Both the position numbers and the translations under genes were made by a program. A stretch of DNA of 64,000 bases from Octopus bimaculoides (taxonomy: Eukaryota), in contig NC_068981.1 of assembly GCF_001194135.2 (NCBI RefSeq), positions 181,778,968-181,842,967 of the forward strand, read 5' to 3'. The notes under the pieces are model-generated. The model ran no database searches. It was not told where the DNA came from and worked only from the letters and a program-made list of their open reading frames with translations. Each line of letters begins with the position of its first letter. Within the stretch, counting starts at the first letter, position 1. Below are positions 61,863-64,000 of this stretch, piece by piece.

Positions 61863-64000
61863 AGTATATTTTATTCCATATGTTTCTTTTTTTTTTGTCA
61901 ATATTACCTAAATGTTGACACCTGCTTTGACTGACGATCATGAAAATGATCCAAGTTTTATTCTTCTATAAAACACTTGAGGAATGTAATTGGCCATTAG
62001 AGTAAGGACATGTAACTGAGACTGCTGTATTATATTACCTGCATCAGTTTCAACTAATCCACTCAATGAACAGATGGCAAGGACACTTCAGTTTCGGACA
62101 CTAAATACAGACTTGACTGTAAAGGGTTCAACTTGATAACAAGTGCCCCAATATAGCTCACATAGAACATTGCCTGGATTATTTGAAAATAATCTCTGAG
62201 ATTAGCTGTGCTGTCTTGATTGATTGATTTAGATACACATTGATAGAAGGAAAGTGTTGAAACTGGATCTAAAATAGTCCTTCACATGTCAAAAGTGTTG
62301 ATATACTGGTTGTATGTATTGATATACACATTTACAGAATGGCTGTTAATCTACAAATTGTCCTGTGCTGACAGTTGGTCCAACTTTAAATATTTATTTT
62401 GTTAAATTGCTGTTTTAGATAAGAGGCTTTTATTGTCATAGGCAATAAGATGTGTTCTAACACCAATTCAATGGCTGCCTGCATGTGAATATGCATGTGC
62501 TCACATGTATGCATATGTATTCGTGCATGCACAAGCAAGCCATGACTCAATATATTGAGTCCAAAGCATGTCGGTAGTGGAGGAATATTTCACATTATAG
62601 GTTTATAAGTTGGGTATCGGAAGTCATAAAGATTATACATGATATAATTATCAATGATTTACTTCAGTAATGGAATTAAGCCCATAAAATCTTTTAATAT
62701 TTGGAGTTTGAATATCATTTAAAGCTAGGTTTGTTTCTATCAGGGTCTGCAATATTTGTCAACATTAACTAGATTACTCAATCTCACCATATTGGATGGT
62801 AGTTATTCTTACTGATTGAGCCAGAAATGGTGTAGCTGTGTGGTAAGAAGTTGTCTTCTCAACCTCATGATTTCAAGCTCAGCCCTACTGCATGGTACCT
62901 TGGGCAAATGTCTTCTATAGTCCTGGGCTGACCAATGCCTTGTGAGTGGATTTGGTAGATGGAAGCTGAAAGAAACCCATCATGTGTGTGTGATTGTGTG
63001 TGTGTTTTACTGTCTTCTTTCTTTGATTTTGCGTGATAGTTTTAAAATGAACGCCCTTCATTTCCAGTCTTCTGTAAAAACCTGTCTGGTCATGGGGAAA
63101 GATTACCTTACTCAGAAACAGGTGAGGGTTGATTACAGGAAGGGTATCTAGCTTTAGAAAATCCACCTCAACAACTTTTGTCTGACCCATATAATTATTG
63201 AAAAGTGGATGTAAAAATGGTGATGATAAGAAAATGACATTTTATGTTTGGCAACTGGTGTTGGTTTGTTTGTGTCCCTGTAACTAGTGGTTTAGACTGA
63301 CTTTAAGTACCTGACTTCAAATTGGGGTTCATCTGATTGACTAAACCTTTCAAGGCAATGACCTAACATGGCCACAGTCTGCAAGAGAAACGAGCAAAGA
63401 ATATCCTTTTGTTGTTACCCTCTTCAGTCAGCAAACAGAGTTTTGCTTTTACTCATCATCATCACTATCTTACATCTGCTTTTCCATGCTAGTATGGGTT
63501 GAATTGGCTCTCTGAGGCAGGATTTTGTAGATGGAGATACCCTTGCTGTCACAGTGTACCCTCTCTAAAACTGGCATTTAAAATTGTAAAAGGAAAAATT
63601 AAAACAGCGTCATTGAGGTTTTTTTTTTTTTTTGAATATTACATTCTCTTTAGTTAATCATTTTATTCAGTGTTTTTAACAACGAAAGGACAAAGCTTTT
63701 TGTGTCTTAATATCTAAGATAGTGAGCTGGCAGAGTTGTTTGCATACCAGACAAAATGCTTAGTGGCATTCTGAATTTAAATGCTGCCGAGGTTGACTCT
63801 ACCTTTCATCCTTTACGGGGTTGATAAAATAAGTACCAGTTGAACACTGGGGTTGATATAATCAGCTTATCTCCTCCCCCAAAATTGTTAGCCTTGTGCC
63901 AAAATTTGAAGCCAATATGAAACGGGATAGTAATTTTTTTCAGTTGATATAAAGATCAAATCTGAACATTTGTTTCCACTATCATTAGCGTTTTGGAGCT

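Overview
Repeat-rich, AT-rich eukaryotic scaffold with nine N-gaps. The SINE/LINE/microsatellite landscape looks like an octopus (coleoid cephalopod) genome; this is inferred from pattern recognition, not from a database search. Only one host coding segment is recognisable: the first coding exon of a ceramide synthase (CerS5/6, LASS/Lag1 family) on the + strand. It has an acceptor at 33788, ATG at 33842 and a donor after 34026. I found no further CerS exon, so the remaining ~30 kb is probably intron. The rest is three tRNA-headed SINE families, remnants of RTE-clade and R4/Dong-clade LINEs, a Tc1/mariner deletion derivative, hAT- and piggyBac-like MITEs, a decayed full-length U6 snRNA copy, several long foldback palindromes, minisatellites and microsatellites. 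Nearly all ORFs in the supplied track are microsatellite, gap or dead-transposon artefacts. The best leads are: (1) a second CpG-retaining domain (~45.7-49.5 kb) inside the presumed CerS intron, with two candidate first exons; (2) a variable-copy 26-bp stem-loop module in front of a shared RTE-type tail; (3) a set of long hairpins; (4) a candidate poison cassette exon. No CRISPR array, rRNA or functional tRNA gene is supported. I found no novel protein-coding system that the sequence alone can support.
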